This document shows positions 1 to 9,453 of a DNA stretch of 64,000 nucleotides, in pieces. Source of the DNA: an uncultured Pseudomonadota bacterium. GTDB lineage: Bacteria; Babelota; Babeliae; Babelales; CAIQNR01. Below the pieces are notes generated by a model. It did not search any database and was not told the DNA's origin. It saw only the letters and a program-made list of their open reading frames with translations. The DNA lies in assembly GCA_964604015.1 (NCBI GenBank), contig CAZRXF010000001.1:104156-168155 (forward strand), written 5' to 3'. Every line of letters begins with the position of its first letter. Within the stretch, counting starts at the first letter, position 1. A program made the translations under genes and the position numbers.

Positions 1-330
1 GATCTTGCAAAAAAGATTGAAAAGTCTGCCCACGCTTCTGGTGACGCAGTGTGGCGTCTTCCGCTTATTGATGAATACAAGGTAATGGTCAAATCGGATC
101 ATGCTGATCTTTGTAATGATGGCAAAACGAAATATTACGCAGGAGCGACCAACGGTGCCTGCTTCTTGAGCAATTTTGTGGGTGATACCCCCTGGGTTCA
201 CTTGGATATCGCGCCATCCGCCTTTGATGTACCTGATAAGCCCTATTTTAGGCCTAATTCAGCAACAGGGGTAGCCGTACGTCTGCTTGTTGATTTTGTG
301 ATGAGCTGGCCCTCGAAAACTAAAGCTTAA
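1..330 (+). CDS. pepA: Leucyl aminopeptidase (M17 family), C-terminal fragment; the 5' end lies outside the window
   Basis: Frame 1 is open from base 1 (DLAKKIEKSAHASGDAVWRLPL...). The blocks WRLPL, ATNGACFL, WVHLDIA and ATGVAVRLLVDF match the C-terminal end of PepA-type aminopeptidases. The stop at 328-330 is followed by a terminator hairpin. Confidence 0.8.
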   Translation, partial: DLAKKIEKSAHASGDAVWRLPLIDEYKVMVKSDHADLCNDGKTKYYAGATNGACFLSNFVGDTPWVHLDIAPSAFDVPDKPYFRPNSATGVAVRLLVDFVMSWPSKTKA

Positions 331-356
331 AAAAGACCAAATTTTCTGAAACTAAG

Positions 357-379
357 GGGCCCGACTGGGCCCTTTTTTT
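357..379 (+). terminator. Rho-independent terminator after pepA
   Basis: GGGCCC (357-362) and GGGCCC (367-372) form a 6-bp GC stem with a 4-nt loop (GACT), followed by seven T (373-379). Confidence 0.7.
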
Positions 380-500
380 GGCGCAGGTTATTTGGTTCAA
401 AATGTTTGTGGTAAGAGCCTTTGTCTTAAATTCTCATTTGTCATATTTGATGCGCTAATATAAAATACTAAGAGCTTTTTATACTAAGGAAAAGGTTTCT

Positions 501-1193
501 ATGAAAATTATCAAAAATACTACGTGGATTGTTTTACTGGTGGTAAGCGGAGCTTGCGCAGGTGAAAGACCTACGTTGGGATGGACTGGTGGGGCTGCTG
601 AGTTTGTGAGAGAGCATCCGTATTTGGTTGCAACTTGTGGCATTGGCTTACTCGGTGGTGGAGCATACGTGTGGAGCTCGAGATTTCCAAAGGCCGAACT
701 TAAGGAAACTAAAGAGATGGCTGCCGCTGGGGTTGTTGTAAGAGAGAAAAAAAAGGAAGAGGGAGACTTGATGGGTGCAGTAGGAGGACAAGCAGCTGCT
801 TTGACAGAAAATGAGCGTCTTCTTGCTCATTTTTATAAAATGCAATTGGTGTACCAACTTATCTTTCTACCTCGGGAGGGATGGACTTTTTCACATATTG
901 ATGAGCAAAGTTGGGATGGAAAAAAGCAAGTAGTATGGTCAAAATTTGTTGCGTCGGAAAGTTTGTATGGTACGAGTCGAACAGATACACAGCGTGTTCC
1001 TTTACACATATCGCCTGAGGAGCTTAAATCTATCAGTGCTCAGATAGACGCACAACAAAGGTTGTCGAGACCATTTGCAGGACTCAAGCAAGAATTGGGG
1101 TGTCCCGAAGAGCAAGACATCGTACAGTGGTGTTTGCGCCAACTTGAGGATTTAGGTCCTAAATTGCAACGGCAAGGTTTACTAAAAAATTAG
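501..1193 (+). CDS. Hypothetical protein with an N-terminal signal/anchor and a second hydrophobic segment
   Basis: 230-aa ORF. The N-terminus MKIIKNTTWIVLLVVSGACAG is signal-like and there is a second hydrophobic stretch (YLVATCGIGLLGGGAYVW). I recognise no family. Confidence 0.55.
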   Translation: MKIIKNTTWIVLLVVSGACAGERPTLGWTGGAAEFVREHPYLVATCGIGLLGGGAYVWSSRFPKAELKETKEMAAAGVVVREKKKEEGDLMGAVGGQAAALTENERLLAHFYKMQLVYQLIFLPREGWTFSHIDEQSWDGKKQVVWSKFVASESLYGTSRTDTQRVPLHISPEELKSISAQIDAQQRLSRPFAGLKQELGCPEEQDIVQWCLRQLEDLGPKLQRQGLLKN

Positions 1194-1244
1194 GTTTTTT
1201 ATTTGAATAGTGCCGCTAGATGGTATGGCAGGGATGGTTCAGAG

Positions 1245-2351
1245 TTAGTTGCGATCAACAAAGAGCGCAATAATGCCGATCATACATAAAAAACAAACAA
1301 GTGATGAGTTTCCGTAGCTGATGAAGGGTAATCCGATGCCTTTAGTTGGCAGTAGTCCCGTCGCTACAAAAATATTAATGAGCGCTTGTAGTGACGTCAA
1401 AATCACGAATCCAAGGGTGGTCAGAAGTGCGAACTTGTTTTTAAGTTGCCAGGCCACCTTCATCCCAAAATACGTAAACAGTGCGTAGAGCAGAATAATG
1501 ATGCTGCTCCCTACAAATCCTGTTTCTTCTGCGATAATCGAAAAAATAAAGTCGGTATGTTGCATGGGCAGATAAAAAAACTTTTGTTTTGAATGTGATA
1601 TGCCACTTCCCAACCAACTTCCTGAACCGATTGCAATCAGCGATTGAATAACCTGAAATCCTGCGCCTTGTGGATCTTTCCAAGGGTCAAGAAAGGTTAA
1701 GATTCGTTTGACCCGATACGGCTGTGTGTAAATCAAAAGTCCCACGAGTGGAATGAGTGCCCCTCCGACAAGAAGAAGGTGGGTGATGGGAAAGCCTGCA
1801 ATAAAAAGCAACGCGCCTGCGGTGGTGGTCAGTGTAGTGGCAAGTCCAAAATCTGGTTGGCACAGAAGTATTCCTCCAGTAAGTCCCGTGATGAGCAGAA
1901 ACGGAAGATATGCTGATCTGAAGGTAAACGGTTTATTTTCGCGTCGAGAAAGAAAGTGTGCGATGTACATGACAAACGCTATCTTAAGAAGTTCGCTCGG
2001 TTGGAATGAAAACCCACCCAAAGAAAGCCAACGGCTTGACCCGTGAATCCGTTGTGAAAGCTGGGGAACAAGGGTAAGGGCTGTTAGGGTCCACGATCCA
2101 AGGAAAAAGAGTGGAGTGCATACGTAGACCAACTCAAAAGAAAGCTTGCGCACCACAAATAATGCGCATAATCCTAATAAGACACCAATACATTGTCGCT
2201 TTAAAAAGTAGTGAGCAGACCCATACTGCTGTGCTGCGTAGATAGAACTTGATGAGTACACAAACAGAAGTCCGATGATGGTAAGCGCAGCGACAATGCC
2301 ACACAGAATGGAAAAGTCATTTTTAAGATGTGAAGAAGTACGAAATTGCAT
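1245..2351 (-). CDS. ftsW: SEDS-family peptidoglycan polymerase (FtsW/RodA)
   Basis: Polytopic membrane protein with SEDS signature blocks: FQPSELLKIAF, QPDFGLA, GSGSWLGSGISHSKQKFFYLPMQHTDFIFSIIAEETGF and LPTKGIGLPFISYGNSS. I moved the start to the ATG at 2351 (MQFRTSSHLK...) just before the first TM segment; the track start at 2495 adds 48 non-conserved residues. The ftsW assignment (rather than rodA) rests only on proximity to murD. Confidence 0.8.
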   Translation of the reverse strand: MQFRTSSHLKNDFSILCGIVAALTIIGLLFVYSSSSIYAAQQYGSAHYFLKRQCIGVLLGLCALFVVRKLSFELVYVCTPLFFLGSWTLTALTLVPQLSQRIHGSSRWLSLGGFSFQPSELLKIAFVMYIAHFLSRRENKPFTFRSAYLPFLLITGLTGGILLCQPDFGLATTLTTTAGALLFIAGFPITHLLLVGGALIPLVGLLIYTQPYRVKRILTFLDPWKDPQGAGFQVIQSLIAIGSGSWLGSGISHSKQKFFYLPMQHTDFIFSIIAEETGFVGSSIIILLYALFTYFGMKVAWQLKNKFALLTTLGFVILTSLQALINIFVATGLLPTKGIGLPFISYGNSSLVCFLCMIGIIALFVDRN

Positions 2352-2619
2352 GTAAGGCCTTTCCAGAATTGGGTAACTTTTTGTCAGATGTACCAAAACG
2401 TGTGGAAGAAGGCCATGTCTGTGCAGGTTCCGTTCCTGTTTTTCGTCGATTTTGGTGGAGTAACCAGTCAGTAAAAAAATACAATATCGTGCCAAGTGGT
2501 GAAGGAGGGTTTCATGGGTAAAGGGATAAAGTATTGGCAGGCTAGTCTTTTTTTGTGATTTAAGTACAGTAAGGTGCTATCGCGAGTGCGATAAAAAAAT
2601 AAAAACAAATAGGGATCAA

Positions 2620-3102
2620 ATGGACAAAGGGGTAACTGAAAACATGAAAATGAAAAATATTTTTTTGGCCATGTGTCTTGTGAGTGCATCAGAGGCTGTG
2701 TCAAGTGGTGTACAAAAAAGTAAAGCAGTGTGCCAAAAAACACAGAAAGCATTGTTAGAAGTTGCTATTGCGGTACTTAAGAATGGTGATAATGTGCATA
2801 AGCTTCGCGCTTGGAATCGTGTGTGTGAAGAAGCGGGTAAATCTTTCATACTAGTACGTAGGGATCACCATACAGAGGAACAGAGATTTGAAGTGAGGGG
2901 AGTATCTCATGAAAATGCAGGTGCATTTTGCTACAATTTTAATGGAATCCTGGCTGCTTCAGGAAGAGATGGACGTAGATTTGGAGATTTCAAAAAAACT
3001 GCTGAAACGGAACTGAAAGGAATGTTTGGATTACCTCTCAAAAAAGATCTTTGCGTAGAGACTCTTCAGGAGAGGCTTGCTCTGTTGAAAAGAACTAAAT
3101 GA
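2620..3102 (+). CDS. Small secreted hypothetical protein
   Basis: 160-aa ORF with a signal-like MKMKNIFLAMCLVSASEA (alternative starts at 2644 and 2650). Its stop overlaps the next start as ATGA (3099-3102). The C-terminal block AETELKGMFGLPLKKDLCVETLQERL resembles the C-terminus of the next ORF. Confidence 0.55.
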   Translation: MDKGVTENMKMKNIFLAMCLVSASEAVSSGVQKSKAVCQKTQKALLEVAIAVLKNGDNVHKLRAWNRVCEEAGKSFILVRRDHHTEEQRFEVRGVSHENAGAFCYNFNGILAASGRDGRRFGDFKKTAETELKGMFGLPLKKDLCVETLQERLALLKRTK

Positions 3103-3590
3103 AGAAGGTGGCAGTAAAATTCGCTCTTTTTCTGTGGGGTGGTCTTGTGTATGGCATGGGGCCTTCTCTTGGTGGTGCAGTAGCTTTGCGTGAAGCACGG
3201 GGAACGGGTGCCGTTAGAAGACAGCTTGAAAATCCGGAAGTTGCCGTAGCAAAAGAGATGATTCTTATTACCGCACACTTTCTGAGTAAATGTCTTCACG
3301 AAAATGATGCTGTTACTCGTGGTGGTGCATTAAGAAGGTGTTCCATCGCTCATAATATGTGGCTGCAAGGAAAGATTGTCTTTAAAGATGGGGATACCGT
3401 ACTTGGTGAATGGATGATTGCGCATTTGTCTCAAGATTGCACTGCTGGGCTATGCAGGGTTCTTAATAAACGTTGTTATACAGGTGATGAAGCGGAGTTG
3501 AGAACAATACTTGGTATTTCGCAGGAGATGGCAGTGACACAAGAGGTGTTGCTACAGCATTTGCGAATAGTAGTTGGGCGCATTAGATAA
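3099..3590 (+). CDS. Small secreted hypothetical protein, a weak paralog of the preceding ORF
   Basis: 163-aa ORF with a signal-like MKKVAVKFALFLWGGLVYG. It is coupled to the upstream ORF by an ATGA overlap. The C-terminal block DEAELRTILGISQEMAVTQEVLLQHL aligns by eye with the upstream ORF. Confidence 0.55.
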   Translation: MKKVAVKFALFLWGGLVYGMGPSLGGAVALREARGTGAVRRQLENPEVAVAKEMILITAHFLSKCLHENDAVTRGGALRRCSIAHNMWLQGKIVFKDGDTVLGEWMIAHLSQDCTAGLCRVLNKRCYTGDEAELRTILGISQEMAVTQEVLLQHLRIVVGRIR

Positions 3591-3680
3591 TGAATAAAAA
3601 TGGGGGGGATGGTGGTTCGAGGAATTGACAGCAAAGAACAATGTACGTGATAGCTATAGTAATAAAAGGAATTATTAATT

Positions 3681-4301
3681 ATGAAAATCAGAAAAAACAT
3701 AACGTTAGTGTTGGCTCTTGGTGGTTTGAGTGTATACAGCGTGCATGGGGCTCAAAGCGAAGCGGATGAGCGGTCGACGCTCATCACAAAGGCATTCCAA
3801 AATAGTAGGATGGTGAAAATCGATTTGGCGCAACAAGAGGGTCACGAATATACACCTGACCGTCCTGCCCTTGAAAATTTCTTTCACAGATTGTTTAAGG
3901 GGCAGCTGGTGCTTTCTGAAATGTCGGGGCAACATGGAGACAGGTTTCTTAAATTCTCCGATATGGTTACGAGAAAAGTGTGGGCGATTCCTGTTTTGGA
4001 TAAAACGAATCAGTCGAGAGTAGCAACTCTTTTAAAGCAAATGAGTGGTGCGAGAGATTATTCTCGAGTGCCTGTAATGGAGTATTGGGACATTCAGGCA
4101 GAACCTGCTGTTGCGGTTTGTTTGTATGTTTTGTCGGAGCGGTTTAGGGACGCATCTGATGAACGAGTAGGACGCTATCGTGGTGGGGTTCCAGCGGGTG
4201 TTTTGCCTATGCTGGCAGGTAGTACACAAGCTGCTCTACCAGTAGTTACGCTCACTCCTCCTACTGGAGAACTGCCTGCGTTACTAGATCAATCAAATTA
4301 G
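3681..4301 (+). CDS. Secreted hypothetical protein
   Basis: 206-aa ORF with a clear signal peptide, MKIRKNITLVLALGGLSVYSVHGAQS. I recognise no family. Confidence 0.6.
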   Translation: MKIRKNITLVLALGGLSVYSVHGAQSEADERSTLITKAFQNSRMVKIDLAQQEGHEYTPDRPALENFFHRLFKGQLVLSEMSGQHGDRFLKFSDMVTRKVWAIPVLDKTNQSRVATLLKQMSGARDYSRVPVMEYWDIQAEPAVAVCLYVLSERFRDASDERVGRYRGGVPAGVLPMLAGSTQAALPVVTLTPPTGELPALLDQSN

Positions 4302-4334
4302 TAATAAGTCAGGAAAATTTTTATATTTTACAAG

Positions 4335-5615
4335 TTAGTGCATGGTCGAAAGGCTGTGCACTAACCTTTTAAAGGTGTCTCCGCGTTCTTCGTAATTCTT
4401 AAACAGATCGTAGCTTGCTCCCGCTGGAGAAAAAAGTACTGCATCACCCGTATGGGTAAGACGTGTGCAGGCGTGCCATGCATCTTCCAGCGTTGTGTAC
4501 GAACTTGCTGTAAACCCCGCTGTTTTACAGAGACTCATAATAGTATCTGCTTCTTTTCCAAAACAAAGAACGTGGGTGATGTTATGAGGTAACTGGTTAA
4601 TGGCAGGAGCTCGATCGACTCCTTTTGAAAGACCGCCCAAGAATAAAATGACCGGCTGTTGCTGCAATTGATTAACTGATTGCAGCAGTGATTCAGCGAT
4701 CGTTGCTTTTGAATCATTGTAATACGTCACCCCTTCATACGTTGCCACTTTTTCAAACCGATGATGAGGGATGTGAAGACCTGTACACTGTTTAAGAACG
4801 GTCTCAGGTTCAATGGAAAAGCGTTCTAAAATTGCGAAAATGAGACGCCAATTTTGTAAGAAGGTAACCAGTCCTAATTCTGGTGAAAGATATTCTTCGT
4901 AGGCATCATCGGAGAGCCACAACACTTTTTGGTGTGCAGTGTACGGGATAAATGCTTCAAGGAAGGCAAACGGAATAATTGCCCAGTCATTTTCTTGTTG
5001 ATGCGCAAATATTTGTCCTTTGGCATGAGCATAGTCAGCAAGATCACCATGACGATCAAGGTGATTGGGAAACAGGTTGGTGACAGCGGCAATGGAGGGG
5101 GCAAAGGAATGAGAGAGTTCCAACTGAAAACTTGAAAGCTCAAGAACAATGACATCGTACTTTTCCTGGTCTTTGACAAGGTCAAGAAGCGGTACACCAA
5201 TGTTTCCACCCGAGATGGCACGTACCCCACAGCGATTAAAAAGTTCGGTAAGCAGGGTAACGGTGGATGTTTTTCCGGCTGAACCGGTAATAGCAACAGT
5301 CTTTGTGGTGACATGGTCGGCAAAGATATCAAGCTCGCCTATCCACTTTTCTGCCCATTGAGTGTGTGGGTGAAGATCTACTCCAGGGCTGGGGATGATG
5401 ATGTCATTTGCTTCAAGAAACTGTTCAAGGCACGAGGGAGGGACAACGAGGGCATTGTGTTTTTTCAAAAGCGCTTGTTGTTCAGGTGTTAGCGGGGCAA
5501 CTTCGAAGACCATCACTCTTTCTGCGTGGGGGGCTACAAAGGTAAGGACGCTTTGTCCGGTCTTTCCAAATCCCCAGATGCCCACTTTTTTACCCGCATA
5601 GAGGTGGTGTTTCAT
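4335..5615 (-). CDS. murD: UDP-N-acetylmuramoylalanine--D-glutamate ligase
   Basis: 426 aa. It has an N-terminal Rossmann motif (GIWGFGKTGQS), the Mur-ligase P-loop (ITGSAGKTSTVTLL), and NDSKATIAES plus a C-terminal domain typical of MurD. Confidence 0.9.
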   Translation of the reverse strand: MKHHLYAGKKVGIWGFGKTGQSVLTFVAPHAERVMVFEVAPLTPEQQALLKKHNALVVPPSCLEQFLEANDIIIPSPGVDLHPHTQWAEKWIGELDIFADHVTTKTVAITGSAGKTSTVTLLTELFNRCGVRAISGGNIGVPLLDLVKDQEKYDVIVLELSSFQLELSHSFAPSIAAVTNLFPNHLDRHGDLADYAHAKGQIFAHQQENDWAIIPFAFLEAFIPYTAHQKVLWLSDDAYEEYLSPELGLVTFLQNWRLIFAILERFSIEPETVLKQCTGLHIPHHRFEKVATYEGVTYYNDSKATIAESLLQSVNQLQQQPVILFLGGLSKGVDRAPAINQLPHNITHVLCFGKEADTIMSLCKTAGFTASSYTTLEDAWHACTRLTHTGDAVLFSPAGASYDLFKNYEERGDTFKRLVHSLSTMH

Positions 5616-5834
5616 GGCAATGCCCTTTCCATCTGTGTAGATAAGTCATTTCTTAACGAAAGAAGTGTAGGGAAAAGATAGGTATGTGTCCATGCGCGTT
5701 TCTTAACTTTCTTGAATGGTTACGAAATACAGCTTGTAAAAAACAAAAAAGGGCGTAGGATGCTTGCGATTTTTTGAAAAAATCGGGAGATGTCTTTCGG
5801 ATTTTTACTGGTTTTTATTTCAGAAAGGTTTGAA

Positions 5835-6248
5835 ATGAAGAATATTGTTTTAACAGGGGCACTGTTGGTGAGTATTCCGCTGTGGCTGAGATGCTCGGGT
5901 ATGCCGGAAGAGATGCGGCCTCAGGAGGGGGAGCTTGTTACGCAAGTGAGCAGGAATTTGACATTCGATGAGGCTGCGCATTGCTGTGTTGAGTGGGCGA
6001 AGAAAAGAAACTCAGAAGCGGGATCGCGAATATTTAGGAAAAGTTTATCTATTGAGTTACAGCTCTACGGTGATCTGGTGCGAATTTGCCTGAATTGTGG
6101 ATCTCAGGGTTGCACGGTTTTTACGAATCGTCCGGTCGGTGTTGAATCAGTTGAAGGGGTTGGGCGTCTACTTTTGGATAGGCTTGCAGGTTTAACGAAT
6201 CTTTCGATTTCTACAAAATCAAGGAGAAGATTTAGCGGCGATCGTTAG
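5835..6248 (+). CDS. Small secreted hypothetical protein
   Basis: The ATG at 5835 is preceded by GAAAGG with a 6-nt spacer and gives MKNIVLTGALLVSIPLWLRCSG (signal-like). The track start at 5790 has no usable RBS spacing. No family recognised. Confidence 0.5.
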   Translation: MKNIVLTGALLVSIPLWLRCSGMPEEMRPQEGELVTQVSRNLTFDEAAHCCVEWAKKRNSEAGSRIFRKSLSIELQLYGDLVRICLNCGSQGCTVFTNRPVGVESVEGVGRLLLDRLAGLTNLSISTKSRRRFSGDR

Positions 6249-6490
6249 GATTAGAAAATGGGGTGGGGGTGGTTTTGCTGCCCCCTGCTCCAGAGCGGAT
6301 CCCATGTTGGAGGTTCTTTGGCTCGAATAAGTAGGGTGGTGGGGTGTCTCCTTTCCAGGGGGGCTTAAATAAGCTTGAAATCTGCAGAAGGAGCGGTTTT
6401 TCATATTGAGAAATTGCGCCGAAGGAGTATACTCGGATCTTCATACTCAGGAAAAAAGGTTCGTATTTTATCGTATATAAAGGGCTTTCT

Positions 6491-9379
6491 ATGGCGGAAA
6501 TAAAAGACAAGGCCACTGGAACAGTGCACTATAAGGACACACTCAACTTACAGCAGACGGATTTTCCGATTCGCCCGAATGCAGCGGTGGATGATGTTGC
6601 GCTTATTGCCCGCTGGGAAAAAGAAGAATTGTACGATAAGGCTTTTATCAAAAATAAGGGAGCGCGCAAGTTTATTTTGCACGACGGTCCGCCTTATGCT
6701 AATGCAAACATCCATTTAGGAACTGCCTACAATAAGATCCTCAAAGATATCGTGACCAAGTCGCAACGCATGATGGGCAAGCATGTACCGGTGACCCCAG
6801 GTTGGGATTGCCATGGCCTTCCTATTGAATTGCGCGTGACTGCATTGCACCCTGAAGCTCAAGGCGCTGCTCTTAAAAAAGAATGCCGCGACTATGCTCG
6901 CCATTGGATTGGGGTTCAAAAAGAGGAATTTAAACGCCTGGGCGTGGTAATGGATTGGAAACATCCTTACGAAACTATGGCTCCAGAGTATGAAGCGGCA
7001 ACTGTGAAGGCGTTTGGTACGTTTGTTGAGCAGGGATATATCTCTCGTAAAAATAAGACCGTTGCCTGGTGTGCTACGTGCCAAACGGTACTTGCTGCGG
7101 CAGAAATCGAGCGTCATGATCGAAAAGATCCTTCTATTTATGTCCAGTTTCCTCTAGCTTCTCATCCATTTAAAGGAATCGATGAGGAAGTAAGTTTATT
7201 GGTATGGACGACGACCCCATGGACGTTGCCACTTAACCGTGCGGTGTTTCTAAAAGCCCATGCAGAATACGTAGCATTGCGCATCAATGGTCAGATTATG
7301 GTGGTAGCAGCTGCGCTTGCGGATAAAATCTGCGCCATGCTCGGTGTTCCAAAAGAGGTAGTTGGGACGTGTACAGCGGAAGACCTTGCAGGAAGAAAAG
7401 CTCATCATCCATTTATTGAAAATCTTATGGTGCCCGTTTGTGCAGATGCTCAGTTTGTGGCTCTGCAGGATGGTACAGCGTGTGTGCATTGTGCGCCAGG
7501 CTGTGGTCCAGAAGACTATGAAGTGGGAATAAAAAACAACCTTGAAATTTTTTCTCCGTTAAGTCCTGATGGACGATACACAGAAGGTATTGAGCCGCAA
7601 GAGCTTGTGGGCATGTCAATTAAGGATGCTCTTGGGTGGGTAATGACTAAGTTGCAAGAGACAAAACGTCTTGTGCATAAAACATCAATCAATCACGCCT
7701 ATCCCCATTGCTGGAGATGTCGTAATGGCTTGATGTTTAGAGCAACACGTCAATGGTTCTGTGAGTTAGATCACAAAGGGTTGCAAGAAAAATCACTGCA
7801 AGAAGTTGAAAAGCTGCGCATGTTGCCTGAGGCAATGCGCAACCATTTACGTGCATCGGTAGGCGGTAGGCTTGAATGGTGTTTGTCACGTCAAAGAACG
7901 TGGGGAACACCGATTGTTGCCTTGCTGTGTACTGGATGTGACAAGGAAATGGTCGATCCACAGATGCTTGCACAGGTGGTCGCAGGGATTGCCAAGGAAG
8001 GTATTGAGTATTGGGATAAGGTTGCGCTTACCGAATTGATGCAGCCTGGTATGACGTGCTCTGATTGCGGCGGAACAAGTTTTAAAAAAGAGCAGGCCAT
8101 TCTTGATGTGTGGTTTGATTCAGGGGTGAGCCACTACGCAGTTCTTTCTCAAAACAAAGAGCTTGGATATCCAGCAGACATGTACCTTGAAGGTATCGAT
8201 CAGCATCGTGGATGGTTCCAGAGTTCACTTTTGACCAGTATGGTGCTTGAAGGTTCTGCGTGCATGAAAGAAATAGTCACTCACGGGTATACCGTTGATG
8301 ACAAGGGCCGTAAGATGTCAAAGTCGCTTGGCAACGTAACGGCTCCGCAAGAACTGATTGATCGCATGGGAACAGATGGTCTTCGGCTTTGGGTTGCCAG
8401 CATTGAAATGCAAGGGGATGTCGTGGTATCCAACGTGCTCCTGAGCAATGTTCAAGAATCATATCGAAAAATTCGTAATACGTGCCGGTTCTTGCTTCAA
8501 AATCTGTATGACTTTGACTATGCAAAAGATGCGCTTTCGTATGATGAGTTGTTGCCACTTGATCAGTATGCATTGCATGAATTGGCAACTTTTGCAGAAA
8601 AAGTTAAGAAAGCATACGAAGAAACAAACTTCACCGGTGTGTATCATGCATTTGTGGATTATAGCACCGGAGAGTTAAGTTCATTCTATCTTGATATCAT
8701 CAAAGATCGTTTGTACACGGACAAGGCGGATGGTCGTGAGCGACGTTCAGCGCAAACAGTGTGTTGGATAATCCTTGATACGATGACGCGGTTGATGGCT
8801 CCTATTCTTTCTTTTACAGCAGAGCATCTTTCGGATTACTACCAAAAAGATAAGAAAGATTCGATTCATCTCCAGGATTTTGCTCAACTGACACCTGCAT
8901 GGAGCTTTGCAGATGGGCTTGTAGATCGCGAAAAAAGGGAAGTGCAGTGGGGAATAATGCGTGACGTACGTTCTAGTGTATTAAAAGCACTTGAAATGTT
9001 GCGCCAGCGGGGAACGGTTAAACATTCTTTAGAAGCGAAAGTAACGATTATCATGAACACCAGTACAGAACCAATGGCGCTTGTAAAAGACCTTCTGTCA
9101 GATATCCAAAAAACGGGGCAGTCACAAGAGCAGTTTTTAAAGGAATTTTTCATTGTGTCAGCATGTGATGTTCTTGAAGAAGACATTCAGTATGAAGATG
9201 CGATGGATGAAGAAGAGGGCGACGAGGCGTATTTTGAAGATGAAAAGCTTGGCCTTCAGGTAAAAGCGAGTCATGCACCTGGTATAAAGTGTCCACGCTG
9301 CTGGCAATGGGAAGTAACCGATCATCAACATGGTCTATGTGCACGTTGTGAAAAAGTGGTTGCAGCGCTGAACAATTAG
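6491..9379 (+). CDS. ileS: Isoleucine--tRNA ligase (type 1, with C-terminal zinc knuckle)
   Basis: 962 aa. It carries the HIGH-region PPYANANIHLGTAYN, KMSKS (KMSKSLGN), the CP1 editing block WTTTPWTLP, and the C-terminal CPRCW...CARC motif. Confidence 0.95.
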   Translation: MAEIKDKATGTVHYKDTLNLQQTDFPIRPNAAVDDVALIARWEKEELYDKAFIKNKGARKFILHDGPPYANANIHLGTAYNKILKDIVTKSQRMMGKHVPVTPGWDCHGLPIELRVTALHPEAQGAALKKECRDYARHWIGVQKEEFKRLGVVMDWKHPYETMAPEYEAATVKAFGTFVEQGYISRKNKTVAWCATCQTVLAAAEIERHDRKDPSIYVQFPLASHPFKGIDEEVSLLVWTTTPWTLPLNRAVFLKAHAEYVALRINGQIMVVAAALADKICAMLGVPKEVVGTCTAEDLAGRKAHHPFIENLMVPVCADAQFVALQDGTACVHCAPGCGPEDYEVGIKNNLEIFSPLSPDGRYTEGIEPQELVGMSIKDALGWVMTKLQETKRLVHKTSINHAYPHCWRCRNGLMFRATRQWFCELDHKGLQEKSLQEVEKLRMLPEAMRNHLRASVGGRLEWCLSRQRTWGTPIVALLCTGCDKEMVDPQMLAQVVAGIAKEGIEYWDKVALTELMQPGMTCSDCGGTSFKKEQAILDVWFDSGVSHYAVLSQNKELGYPADMYLEGIDQHRGWFQSSLLTSMVLEGSACMKEIVTHGYTVDDKGRKMSKSLGNVTAPQELIDRMGTDGLRLWVASIEMQGDVVVSNVLLSNVQESYRKIRNTCRFLLQNLYDFDYAKDALSYDELLPLDQYALHELATFAEKVKKAYEETNFTGVYHAFVDYSTGELSSFYLDIIKDRLYTDKADGRERRSAQTVCWIILDTMTRLMAPILSFTAEHLSDYYQKDKKDSIHLQDFAQLTPAWSFADGLVDREKREVQWGIMRDVRSSVLKALEMLRQRGTVKHSLEAKVTIIMNTSTEPMALVKDLLSDIQKTGQSQEQFLKEFFIVSACDVLEEDIQYEDAMDEEEGDEAYFEDEKLGLQVKASHAPGIKCPRCWQWEVTDHQHGLCARCEKVVAALNN

Positions 9380-9407
9380 TCGCGTGCATCTATCTGAAAA
9401 TAAATTA

Positions 9408-9436
9408 GGGGACCCAGAACGGGTCCCTTTAATTTT
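9408..9436. terminator. Bidirectional terminator hairpin between convergent ileS and the 9454 ORF
   Basis: GGGACCC (9409-9415) pairs with GGGTCCC (9421-9427) as a 7-bp stem with a 5-nt loop. T-rich sequence follows on both strands. Confidence 0.65.
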
Positions 9437-9453
9437 GTGAATGGGAAGAATTT

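Noticed and set aside
49-330. 93-aa stand-alone ORF from the track
   Set aside because: The frame is open to base 1 and the sequence is the C-terminus of PepA. It is a truncated view of a longer gene, not a small protein.
2352-2495. Long N-terminal extensions of track ORFs (ftsW 2352-2495; also 18098-18220, 20148-20183, 21396-21425, 23997-24026, 26661-26699, 28797-28847, 29211-29276, 30732-30806, 33861-33923, 40889-40942, 50355-50378)
   Set aside because: Internal start codons with an RBS and/or an immediately following signal peptide, and the removal of overlaps with upstream genes, make the shorter models more plausible.
6330-6346. T-box riboswitch upstream of ileS (TAGGGTGGTGG resembles the conserved AGGGTGGNACC T-box core)
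   Set aside because: The match stops after GGGTGGT. I could find no downstream complementary strand to form a terminator or sequestrator, and no convincing Stem I with an AUC specifier loop. The motif also lies about 150 nt from the ileS start. Only an Infernal scan could rescue this call.
6716-9389. Multiple antisense or out-of-frame ORFs inside ileS (e.g. 6716-7117, 8277-8588, 8884-9186)
   Set aside because: They are fully embedded in a strongly supported 962-aa synthetase gene and their translations show no protein-like features. The same reasoning applies to embedded ORFs inside murD, the subtilase, rny, ppiD, dnaK, the delta-60 genes and the giant ORF.
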